A stretch of DNA of 32,000 nt from Candidatus Calditenuaceae archaeon HR02 (GTDB taxonomy: Archaea > Thermoproteota > Nitrososphaeria_A > Caldarchaeales > Calditenuaceae). Positions 14,074 to 21,694 of this stretch are shown here, in pieces. The first letter of the stretch is position 1; the number at the start of each line of letters is the position of its first letter. The notes beneath the pieces are model-generated. The model saw only the letters and a program-made list of their open reading frames with translations. It was not told where the DNA came from and searched no databases. The stretch covers positions 54,872 to 86,871 of the forward strand of contig BEHE01000001.1 of NCBI GenBank assembly GCA_002898395.1, given 5' to 3'. Position numbers and translations under genes: made by a program.

Positions 14074-15642
14074 GTGGGCATGGCGATGCTAAAGTCTAGC
14101 CAGCTCGGCAAGCCCGGTCTGAGGCTTAGCAGCTTCTTCGATGACATATACCACCTCAATGAAGAGGGTGTGCCCGTTTTTAAGCTGTTTATAAACGGGG
14201 AGTGGGTGGAGAGTAAGACTGGAGAGACATTCCCAGTAGATACCCCCATTGACGATAGTGTTGTGGCGTATGCTCAGAAGGGCGGTGACCTCGACGTAGA
14301 TGCTGCTGTTAACGCTTCTCGCGATGCTAGGCCGAAGATACGGTCCATTGCGGCGATTGATAGAATAGAGATTTTCCACGACGCGGCTAAGATAATCGAG
14401 GAGCGGTTAGAAGACTTTGTTAACGTCCTCATGCTTGAGGCGGGCAAGCCCCGTGCAGATGCGGTCGGCGAGATAACAGCAGTTATTGAGCGGATGAAGA
14501 TGACAATGGAGGATGTCTCTAAGGTTGGCGGCGAGTATAGGCCCGGCGACTGGTCAGCCGACACGATGGGCAAGGTCGCAATAGTCCTCCGCGAACCTGT
14601 AGGGACAGTAGGAGCCATAGGCCCCTTCAACTACCCTCTATACATACCGGCAGCTAAGATCATACCAGCCCTCCTCTCAGGTAATACAGTAGTGGTCAAA
14701 CCGGCCAGTGACACGCCTTTAAGCCAGCTCCTACTTGCCAAGGCTCTCGAGGAGGCTGGCGTTCCAAAAGGAGCACTCAACGTCGTTACGGGTCCAGGGC
14801 GAGTAGGCGCCAGGATAGCGGCGCACGAGGATGTCGGCATGGTATCCTTCACTGGGAGCACAGAAGTGGGAAGAGAGATCGCTAGGATTGCGGCAAACAA
14901 GCGGCTCCACCTTGAGCTAGGCGGAAAAGCGTATGCAATTGTTCTGGATGACGCGGATATTAGCTTGGCGGCTAACAGGTGTGTGGCCGGCTCTCTAAGG
15001 AATGCTGGGCAGAGGTGCGACGCCGTAAGTGCAATACTAGTGGTCCAATCGGTGGCTGATGAGTTCGTGGAGAAGGTGTTAGCCGAAGTCGATAAGATAA
15101 AGTATGGAGACCCGCGGGTTGAGGGTGTGAATATGGGTCCGCTCATAAACAGAGCAGCAGCCGAGAGGGTCAACGCACTCGTGAAAGACGCGGTGGCTAA
15201 GGGTGCAAAACTGCTCAGAGGAGGGAGTTACAGGGGTTGCTATCATGAGCCGACTGTGCTTGACAGGGTCCCGCTGGATGCTAGGATATTGTGGGAGGAG
15301 ACATTTGGTCCAGTAGTGACAATAGTCAGGGTCGTTGACGAGAACGAGGCAATAGCGATAGCCTCTAGGAGTAGATACGGCCTAGACAGCTGTGTATTCA
15401 CGAATAACTTCTACAGGATGTGGAGGGTTGCGAAGTCACTCCAGGTGGGTGCTGTGACGATAAACGATTTTCCACGGCACGGAGTCGGCTACTTCCCATT
15501 CGGAGGCGTTAAGGACTCAGGGTTGGGAAGAGAGGGTATAGGATACTCGATCGAGGAGATGATGGTTCTCAAAACTATCGTATTCAATCTAGAGCCAGCC
15601 CAGCTCGGTAAAGTAAGGAGACCAAAGGAAAAGCATCACTAA
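14074..15642 (+). CDS. gapN: Aldehyde dehydrogenase, most similar in pattern to non-phosphorylating glyceraldehyde-3-phosphate dehydrogenase (GAPN)
   Basis: 522 aa. ALDH motifs are FTGSTEVG, the LELGGKA general-base Glu, the GQRCDAVS catalytic Cys and EETFGPV. The crenarchaeal GAPN-like GQRCDA context and the adjacency to apgM support GAPN, but specificity is inferred. The start is GTG 14074 or ATG 14080/14086, ~30 nt after TATATAA. Confidence 0.6.
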   Translation: MGMAMLKSSQLGKPGLRLSSFFDDIYHLNEEGVPVFKLFINGEWVESKTGETFPVDTPIDDSVVAYAQKGGDLDVDAAVNASRDARPKIRSIAAIDRIEIFHDAAKIIEERLEDFVNVLMLEAGKPRADAVGEITAVIERMKMTMEDVSKVGGEYRPGDWSADTMGKVAIVLREPVGTVGAIGPFNYPLYIPAAKIIPALLSGNTVVVKPASDTPLSQLLLAKALEEAGVPKGALNVVTGPGRVGARIAAHEDVGMVSFTGSTEVGREIARIAANKRLHLELGGKAYAIVLDDADISLAANRCVAGSLRNAGQRCDAVSAILVVQSVADEFVEKVLAEVDKIKYGDPRVEGVNMGPLINRAAAERVNALVKDAVAKGAKLLRGGSYRGCYHEPTVLDRVPLDARILWEETFGPVVTIVRVVDENEAIAIASRSRYGLDSCVFTNNFYRMWRVAKSLQVGAVTINDFPRHGVGYFPFGGVKDSGLGREGIGYSIEEMMVLKTIVFNLEPAQLGKVRRPKEKHH

Positions 15643-16172
15643 ACACTGTCCATGAAGATACTCATAAGTAGTGCGGCTATACTTTTCAAGTCTCTAATAC
15701 TCCCATTTCGGATAGCGTCCAAGACCTGTTCACGGGTTAGTCTGACGACTTTGATGTTTTCATCCACATCATGTCTCTGTAAGCCGACTGTAGGTGCCCG
15801 CCCTACAAATATGTATAGCTTCTCGTTTGAGTAGCCCGGCGATGTGTAGGTCTCTGCGATAAGCCTTAGACCGTCTGCCTTGAGTCCTGTCTCCTCTTCA
15901 AGCTCTCTCTCAGCGCACCTCGCAGGTTCCTCACCCTCCTCCAATGTACCCGCGGGTATCTCAAGAGTCTCCTCGCCCACGCCTATCCTGTATTGAGAAA
16001 CTAAGAGGAATCTACCCTCAGAATCAGTCGCCACTATCGCGACAGACCCTGGATGCTCGACGACCTCTCTCACAACCTCCCTCCCAACATACTTCGCCCT
16101 GACAAGCCTAACCGAAACTAGCCTACCACTATAGACTAGCCTGCTAGAGATTATCTCGGGCAGACGATTCAA
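15639..16172 (-). CDS. Nudix hydrolase (ADP-ribose pyrophosphatase-like)
   Basis: 177 aa with a perfect Nudix box, GTLEEGEEPARCAERELEEETGL (Gx5Ex7REUxEExGU). The overall layout resembles ADPRase/NudF. Confidence 0.8.
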   Translation of the reverse strand: MNRLPEIISSRLVYSGRLVSVRLVRAKYVGREVVREVVEHPGSVAIVATDSEGRFLLVSQYRIGVGEETLEIPAGTLEEGEEPARCAERELEEETGLKADGLRLIAETYTSPGYSNEKLYIFVGRAPTVGLQRHDVDENIKVVRLTREQVLDAIRNGSIRDLKSIAALLMSIFMDSV

Positions 16173-16203
16173 CGCTGTGTCACTGATTACTCACACAGAG
16201 ATG

Positions 16204-16214
16204 TTTTTATAAAT
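16204..16214 (+). promoter_or_regulatory. TATA box (TTTTTATAAAT) for apgM
   Basis: Centred ~27 nt upstream of GTG 16236. Confidence 0.5.
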
Positions 16215-16235
16215 TAGCTGGAACTTGCTAATCCT

Positions 16236-17465
16236 GTGAAGATCTTAATCGTCCTCTTGGACGGCGTTGGTGACAGGCCTTCACCCAACTTGAACGGCCT
16301 GACACCTCTTCAGGCTGCACGTATACCATTCCTGAACAGCTTAGCACGCAACGGGATAAACGGGATAATGGACCCAGTCTCGCCAGGAATTCCTGTTGGA
16401 AGCGATACGGGACACTTATCCATCCTCGGCTATGACCCGTACAAGTATTATCCTGGAAGGGGGCCCTTCGAGGCGCTTGGAGCTGGAATCAAGCTTAAGC
16501 CTGGCGACGTCGCCTTTAGATGCAATTTCGCCACAGTCAGTGATGATGGAAGGGTTGTGGATAGGAGGGCGGGCCGTATAAGTAGCCAGGAGGCGGCCCA
16601 ACTTGTCGAAAGTCTCAAAGAGGTTTCGGAAGTTGACGGGATAGAGGTTTTACTGAAACACACCGTTGAACACAGGTCGGTCCTTGTGCTCCGGGGGGAA
16701 GTCTCCGATAAAATCTCAGACGTAGACCCGCATAAGGATGGCGCGGAACTGATCTGGCCGAAGCCCCTAAACAGTTCCCGAGAGGCAGAGAGGACTGCAG
16801 AGGCCCTGACAAAGCTCCTCAAAAAATACAAGCAGATACTCGAGAAAAACCCGGTAAACATTAGGAGGCGTGAGGCCGGCTTACCCATCGCCAACATGCT
16901 GCTACCGCGTGGGGCAGGCCGAATGCCAAACCTCCCATCTCTCTCCCAGCGATTCGGTGTAAGGGCCGCAGTATTAGCTGGTGGAGCTCTCTATAAAGGA
17001 GTGTGCAGCTCTGTGGGCATGGACGTAGTCGAGGTGCCGGGAGCAACTGGCACGCTAAACACCGACCTTGACGCTAAGTTCAAAACGGCATTCAAAGCCA
17101 TAAACGAATATGACCTCGTCTTCCTACACATCAAAGGGACGGACACAGCAGCCCACGATAAGGATCCAGTCACAAAGGCTTCATTCATAGAGAAGATCGA
17201 CACAGCATTTGCGAAAAACTACAGCCCACCCCGCGACGAGTTAGTCATCTGCGTCACAGGGGACCATACGACTAGCTCCCTCACAGGCGAGCATAGGGGA
17301 GACCCAGTACCGGTGCTGATTTGGGGCCATGGGGTGAGAGTGGACGCCGTAAACAGGTTTAACGAGGTTGACTCAGCCAGCGGCGCACTAGGGCGGATAA
17401 GGGGCACAGACCTGATGAGTATTTTGATGGACCTTGCAAACAGGACCGAGAAGTTCGGCGAATAG
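16236..17465 (+). CDS. apgM: 2,3-bisphosphoglycerate-independent phosphoglycerate mutase, archaeal type
   Basis: 409 aa. MKILIVLLDGVGDRP...GSDTGHLSILGYDP...FRCNFATV...DRRAGRI...LFLHIKGTDTAAHD...TGDHTT match ApgM/metalloenzyme-superfamily motifs. GTG start 27 nt after TTTTTATAAAT. Confidence 0.9.
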   Translation: MKILIVLLDGVGDRPSPNLNGLTPLQAARIPFLNSLARNGINGIMDPVSPGIPVGSDTGHLSILGYDPYKYYPGRGPFEALGAGIKLKPGDVAFRCNFATVSDDGRVVDRRAGRISSQEAAQLVESLKEVSEVDGIEVLLKHTVEHRSVLVLRGEVSDKISDVDPHKDGAELIWPKPLNSSREAERTAEALTKLLKKYKQILEKNPVNIRRREAGLPIANMLLPRGAGRMPNLPSLSQRFGVRAAVLAGGALYKGVCSSVGMDVVEVPGATGTLNTDLDAKFKTAFKAINEYDLVFLHIKGTDTAAHDKDPVTKASFIEKIDTAFAKNYSPPRDELVICVTGDHTTSSLTGEHRGDPVPVLIWGHGVRVDAVNRFNEVDSASGALGRIRGTDLMSILMDLANRTEKFGE

Positions 17466-17470
17466 TAGGC

Positions 17471-17662
17471 CTACCTTTTTCTCAAGACTCTTCTGCGAAG
17501 AAGACCATCAGCCTCCTCCCTATACAAGCCTTCAAGCCCACATCTTTGTTGGAAATATTCCTCTAAGTCCAGTTTCCCCTCTTGAAACCTCTTTTTGGTG
17601 CTGTAAATCCTTTCCGAGAGCTCTTTCAGATGGTTCTCGATCCTTAGCGGTGGAAGCCTCAA
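17471..17662 (-). CDS. Small charged hypothetical protein (63 aa), possibly SHOCT-like
   Basis: It fills the otherwise empty 193 nt between the S19e and apgM stop codons in a very compact genome. The TTG start overlaps the S19e stop (TTGA). It is helical and charged (EGKLDLEEYFQQR), while the opposite-strand ORF 17434..17712 looks like noise. No family is confidently recognised. Confidence 0.45.
   Translation of the reverse strand: MRLPPLRIENHLKELSERIYSTKKRFQEGKLDLEEYFQQRCGLEGLYREEADGLLRRRVLRKR
17476..17480 (+). terminator. Oligo-T (T5) termination signal after apgM
   Basis: A TTTTT run lies 11 nt after the apgM TAG and is preceded by the 10-nt palindrome GTAGGCCTAC (17465-17474). Archaeal RNAP terminates at oligo-T tracts. 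Confidence 0.4.
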
Positions 17663-18096
17663 GTCTTGCCTGCCTGTCTCTTCAATATGCTCTCGCTGAT
17701 CTCTTCGAGTAGCTGTCTGCCCTTCTTTGTTAGGACTCTACCCTTCTTTGACTTCTCCACTAGCCCCGCACCCTCTAGCTGCTGGAGGGCTTTTCTGATG
17801 ACACTACCACTGCCTGGAGCGAAATGTGGGTTTCTGTGACCCATCCTATGCCTGCCACCATACATCCTCCTTAGCCTCGAGACCCCAAGCCCCTTATCAT
17901 GGATGTACAGCTTTCGCAATATCGCCGCGCACCTCACATACCACCAGTCAGGATCAGATGGAGGCCTGTCCTTAGAGACTCCAGTCTTCACAAATGGGAC
18001 CCACTTCGGCATGGAAACTATTTTATTCTCCTTAAGGTAGCGGGCTGTAGTCCTGATGAGCTGTAGCGGCTCAACGAGTCTCACACTCATTTCCAC
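17659..18096 (-). CDS. rps19e: 30S ribosomal protein S19e (eS19)
   Basis: 145 aa. PKWVPFVKTGVSKDRPP.DPDWWYVRCAAILRKLYI...GVSRLRRMYGG...GSGSVIRKALQQLEGAGLVEK is the eS19 signature. Confidence 0.95.
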   Translation of the reverse strand: MEMSVRLVEPLQLIRTTARYLKENKIVSMPKWVPFVKTGVSKDRPPSDPDWWYVRCAAILRKLYIHDKGLGVSRLRRMYGGRHRMGHRNPHFAPGSGSVIRKALQQLEGAGLVEKSKKGRVLTKKGRQLLEEISESILKRQAGKT

Positions 18097-18213
18097 CTAT
18101 TTCTGACATGTTTTTTATTTAAGCCGTATTTAACGCTGCCTCATAGTGGCCTAGGAAGGACCATAGCCCCGAAAATTAGTCCTTATTAAATGCTCTGAAA
18201 TTTTGACAAACCA

Positions 18214-18858
18214 ATGGATTGGCCTGAGCTCATTGCTAGTGTTGTCCTCGTTTCAGCCTCAGGGGCACTTGCCCCAGGTCCACTACTTATCGCGACCCTG
18301 AGTGAGGGTGTCAAAAGAGGGGCCCGCGTAGGATTCCTCTCCGCCACCGGACACATGGTTGTGGAACTCCCACTAGTCCTCCTTATAGCCCAGGGCATAG
18401 CCTTTCTTCTCACAGGCGAGGTAATAGCTAGGCTTGCCATAACCGCCGCTGGCGTAGCAGCCCTCACATTCTTCGGCCTCAACCAGCTCCGCGAATCAAT
18501 CATAGCACAACCCAATCCAACCAACGGTCTGGATACTAAAACCCCTAAGAATGGCGTCGCGATAGGCATAATATTCACAGGTCTAAACCCATACTTCATC
18601 ACCTGGTGGCTTACCATCGGTGCTAAACTGGTATACGACTCCCTAGAGCTCGCCGCATGGATGGGCATCGCCGTGATGTATGCCTCGCACATCTGGATCG
18701 ACTACGCATGGCTCGTTTTCACAAGTAGTCTGGCATGGAGGGGGGGCAAAATAATTGGGTCGCGGCTGCTGAGGCTCATAAACATCGTTCTCGGAGCCTT
18801 CCTCATAGTTCTTGCACTCCTTATGGCTCTAGAGTTTGTACTTACCATATTCTCTTAG
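18214..18858 (+). CDS. LysE/RhtB-family amino-acid efflux permease
   Basis: 214 aa with ~6 TM helices. The N-terminal VLVSASGALAPGPLLIATL motif (PGP) and NPYFITWW are typical of LysE-type translocators. Confidence 0.7.
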   Translation: MDWPELIASVVLVSASGALAPGPLLIATLSEGVKRGARVGFLSATGHMVVELPLVLLIAQGIAFLLTGEVIARLAITAAGVAALTFFGLNQLRESIIAQPNPTNGLDTKTPKNGVAIGIIFTGLNPYFITWWLTIGAKLVYDSLELAAWMGIAVMYASHIWIDYAWLVFTSSLAWRGGKIIGSRLLRLINIVLGAFLIVLALLMALEFVLTIFS

Positions 18859-18930
18859 ATATACAGGGAGAATGTCCTTTCACCGAGGGAACGACCCCAG
18901 TATAAATGTGAATTTGCCAAGTCTATCTGC

Positions 18931-19473
18931 ATGCGCTTCTCGTGGTCAAGGGAGTCAAAGCTATGGTCGAAGATCGAGGAGGTGTCACTCAGCCTCTCGG
19001 TCTTAAACAAAAAACTCTCAGCGAGAGTAGACCAGATGAGTAGAAGAAACAGAGACCTATTCGAAGCGTGTGTCAAGGCCTATCAGGAAGGTGACACGGA
19101 GAGGGCCGCAGTCTACGCATCTGAGCTATCCCAGCTCCGAAAAACATTCAATAACACCCTGCGGTGCCAGCTCTCCCTAGAGGCGGTGATATATAGGCTT
19201 GCCACGGTAAAAGACCTCGGCGACGTGAAAATGGCCTTACAGCCGATTAAAGGGATCGTGTCTAAGATTGGTGAGGACCTTCAAGGCGCCCTGCCAGAGG
19301 TTAGCGGGCGAGTATTACGGGTTCAGGAACTAATCGACGACGTTGCACTCGAGATCGGCTCCGCTGACGATATTGGTTATTCAAAGTTTGAGGCCACGGA
19401 TGACGAGGCAAGGCGTATTTTGGCTGAGGCCGCTGCCGTAGCTAGTCGAAGAGGGGAGCGGAACATAGCCTGA
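18931..19473 (+). CDS. ESCRT-III/Snf7-family protein (CdvB-paralog-like)
   Basis: 180 aa, all helical, with the ESCRT-III core layout: LSARVDQMSRRNRDLFEACVKAYQEGDTERAAVYASELSQLRKTFNNTLRCQLSLEAVIYRL...DVKMALQPIKGIVSKIGEDL...PEVSGRVLRVQELIDDV, followed by an acidic C-terminal tail. Recognised by pattern only. Confidence 0.55.
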   Translation: MRFSWSRESKLWSKIEEVSLSLSVLNKKLSARVDQMSRRNRDLFEACVKAYQEGDTERAAVYASELSQLRKTFNNTLRCQLSLEAVIYRLATVKDLGDVKMALQPIKGIVSKIGEDLQGALPEVSGRVLRVQELIDDVALEIGSADDIGYSKFEATDDEARRILAEAAAVASRRGERNIA

Positions 19474-19512
19474 GCATGCAAAGATTTATTCGGAGGAGGC
19501 GCTAATAGGCAT

Positions 19513-19980
19513 GTGGAGATGAAAATAAAGCGATCGTCAGGGGCAGTAGTGTTCAACGACTCCATCGGCGAGAACTATTATCTCGTGCTGTTATATGGTG
19601 GTGGTCACTGGGATTTTCCGAAAGGCGGTATAGAGGAAGGAGAGTCGGAGATAGAGACTGCACTAAGGGAGATTAGAGAGGAGACAAGTCTGCAGAATGT
19701 TCAGATCATCGAGGGGTTTAAACGGATTATAAGCTATACTTACAAAAGTGACGACGACACAGTATATAAGACGGTCACATTTTTTCTGGGGAGGACCAAT
19801 GAGTTTCGAGTCACTCTCAGTAAGGAGCATAAAGCTTATGCCTGGCTAAAATATCCGGATGCACTAACGCAGCTCACTTTTAGGACGGCGAAGCAAGTCT
19901 TAATGGATGCCGAGGAATTCCTTAGGAAGAACCACTTCACCCATGGTGGCGGGAGATCACCCATCCGGAATATGAGTTGA
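19513..19980 (+). CDS. Nudix hydrolase, Ap4A-hydrolase (NUDT2)-like
   Basis: SSGAVVFN...YYLVLLYGGGHWDFPKGGIEEGESEIETALREIREETSL is a Nudix box with a terminal G->S variant in the layout of diadenosine polyphosphate hydrolases. The start is GTG 19513 or ATG 19519. Confidence 0.75.
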   Translation: MEMKIKRSSGAVVFNDSIGENYYLVLLYGGGHWDFPKGGIEEGESEIETALREIREETSLQNVQIIEGFKRIISYTYKSDDDTVYKTVTFFLGRTNEFRVTLSKEHKAYAWLKYPDALTQLTFRTAKQVLMDAEEFLRKNHFTHGGGRSPIRNMS

Positions 19981-19986
19981 AGAGAT

Positions 19987-21693
19987 ATGAGATTAGCCGC
20001 ATCACTACTACTTCTAGTGCTCGTTTTATCACAGCTAGGTTTAGGACAGGGGCAGGGAGAAAGCCTCACTGTCAGAGTGTTTGACATTTCTGGGAGCCCG
20101 CGAGGGGGTGTGGAGCTCAGACTATCAAACTCCACGTTTACGAGGATGTTTGAGACAACAGCACAGGGCGTTGCGGAGTTCAGGCTAATTGCGCCAGGAG
20201 TATACAATCTATCAGCCCTCGTGGACGGTATTGTGGTTGCTCAAACGACTATCTCTTTCCCAGCGCAGACCCGCGTCAATCTCACACTTCATATACAGAA
20301 TATAGACCTGTTGATCTATGACTTAGATGGGAGGCCGGCGAGTGGCGTTTCTATTGAGTTAAAATCGGAGAATGGCCCGGTCATACGCCGAGGCTCAACC
20401 GATTCTAACGGCAAAGTCTCGATACGTGACCTACCCTTCTCAAACCTATCCCAAGTCGGCCCCTACAGGGTTTTAGGTAGGCTGGGGGAAGTTACCGTCC
20501 TCAACTCGACCATAAGCGTGACTCCACAGGTCTCCGAATATAGTCTAACCGCCGAGATCATCAAGGTGGGGATAACTATTCTCGACTACAGAGGCGGAGC
20601 CGTGAATGCAACCCTGAAACTAAGCTCCGAGAGCCTAAACTTCTCCACATCCCTTGCGGCTGGGAAGACGTATAATATACCCTCTTCTAAGGTTGCCGGC
20701 CCATACATTATCGAGGCCTCCAAGCGATATTCACCACAAGCACCGGAGATACTCCTATTCAAGGAGACGGCTTTGCTTGACAGGAGCCAGAACCTGACAT
20801 ATGTGCTTGACCTCTCAGACATGGTCGTCGTTGTAAGAGATGATGCAGGGTCGGCGGTTCGGGGCCTCCGGGTCCTCATAGAATCTGAGAAACTCGGCGT
20901 GTTGGGTTCGTCAACAACTAGTACTAGCGGAGAGGCCACATTCTCCGCTATACCCTTTAGCGAGGGGCGACCTGGTGCGGGGGTCTACCGCATAACAGTT
21001 TACAAAGACAGTTTCCGGCTCGGTGTAATGGATGTAAACCTGGTTCCTGGGTTTGAGATGGTTACCGTAACTGTGAATCGTGTTGAGACCATGCTTTATA
21101 TACATACTCCGAGAGGCCAACCTCTTCCAAATGCAACCATAACACTCTTAGACCCCTCAACGAGAAGAATATACACGGCGACCAGTGATTCTGAGGGGAG
21201 AGCGGCCTTATACCTGATCCCAGGGGCGCATCATTACTCTGTGACCTATATGGGCGTAGAAGTTGCTAGTGGGGATGTGAATGCCACGGTGCCACGGATA
21301 TTGATACAAGCCACTAAAGTTGATATCGAGTTTAGGGTACGGGTCAGTGACTGGGCTGGGAATGTATTGAGAGACGCGAAGGTCTCTATAGTTTGGAGGG
21401 GCCAAGAGCTCGAAAGCGTGAGGCAGGATGATGGTTCTATACAGGCCAGAGTACCCGTAGCGGGCGAGGTACAAGTCAACATTTATCTCGATGACTCTCT
21501 TGTAGAGCGGAGGCTTGTCTGGGTAAGCTCTCCCACGCTGTTTGAGACCAGACTGAGGGGGGTGCTTGTAGGTGGTAGATTGGTCGACATTGAGGCTGTT
21601 TCCTCCACCGTAGCTGGCGTTTTCCTGGCCATCTCCGCAGCATCTATATTCATCCTGTGGAGGCACAGGGCATCTAGGGTTACGGTGCGATAG
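19987..21693 (+). CDS. Cell-surface glycoprotein: signal peptide, about six tandem carboxypeptidase-regulatory-like (prealbumin/Ig-like) beta-sandwich repeats, and a C-terminal TM anchor
   Basis: The N-terminus is MRLAASLLLLVLVLSQLGLGQG. A recurring module D..G.P..G+.+.L........T.TDS.G.......P.G.Y appears, for example, as YDLDGRPASGVSIELKS...STDSNGKVSIRDLPF...GPYRV and TPRGQPLPNATITLLD...TSDSEGRAALYLIPGAHHY. There are ten N-x-S/T sequons. The C-terminal anchor is VAGVFLAISAASIFILW followed by RHRASR. Confidence 0.7.
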   Translation: MRLAASLLLLVLVLSQLGLGQGQGESLTVRVFDISGSPRGGVELRLSNSTFTRMFETTAQGVAEFRLIAPGVYNLSALVDGIVVAQTTISFPAQTRVNLTLHIQNIDLLIYDLDGRPASGVSIELKSENGPVIRRGSTDSNGKVSIRDLPFSNLSQVGPYRVLGRLGEVTVLNSTISVTPQVSEYSLTAEIIKVGITILDYRGGAVNATLKLSSESLNFSTSLAAGKTYNIPSSKVAGPYIIEASKRYSPQAPEILLFKETALLDRSQNLTYVLDLSDMVVVVRDDAGSAVRGLRVLIESEKLGVLGSSTTSTSGEATFSAIPFSEGRPGAGVYRITVYKDSFRLGVMDVNLVPGFEMVTVTVNRVETMLYIHTPRGQPLPNATITLLDPSTRRIYTATSDSEGRAALYLIPGAHHYSVTYMGVEVASGDVNATVPRILIQATKVDIEFRVRVSDWAGNVLRDAKVSIVWRGQELESVRQDDGSIQARVPVAGEVQVNIYLDDSLVERRLVWVSSPTLFETRLRGVLVGGRLVDIEAVSSTVAGVFLAISAASIFILWRHRASRVTVR

Positions 21694-21694
21694 G

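Noticed and set aside
14631-15173. Long antisense ORFs inside well-supported genes: 14631..15173 and 14274..14630 (versus ALDH), 18186..18692 (versus LysE), 21208..21720 and 20586..20939 (versus the surface protein), 16448..16897 (versus apgM), 4327..4689 (versus L32e), and 859..1131.
   Set aside because: Each lies fully inside a gene with clear family motifs on the other strand. Their translations are Ser/Pro/Arg/Ala-rich and low-complexity, with no recognisable motifs. This is typical of open antisense frames in moderately GC-rich coding DNA.
16176-16199. Imperfect hairpin CTGTGTCA-ctgattac-TCACACAG upstream of the Nudix gene and near the apgM promoter.
   Set aside because: It matches only 7 of 8 positions, is short, and has no second copy. 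It could be a chance feature of the divergent promoter region and is not strong enough to call a regulatory site.
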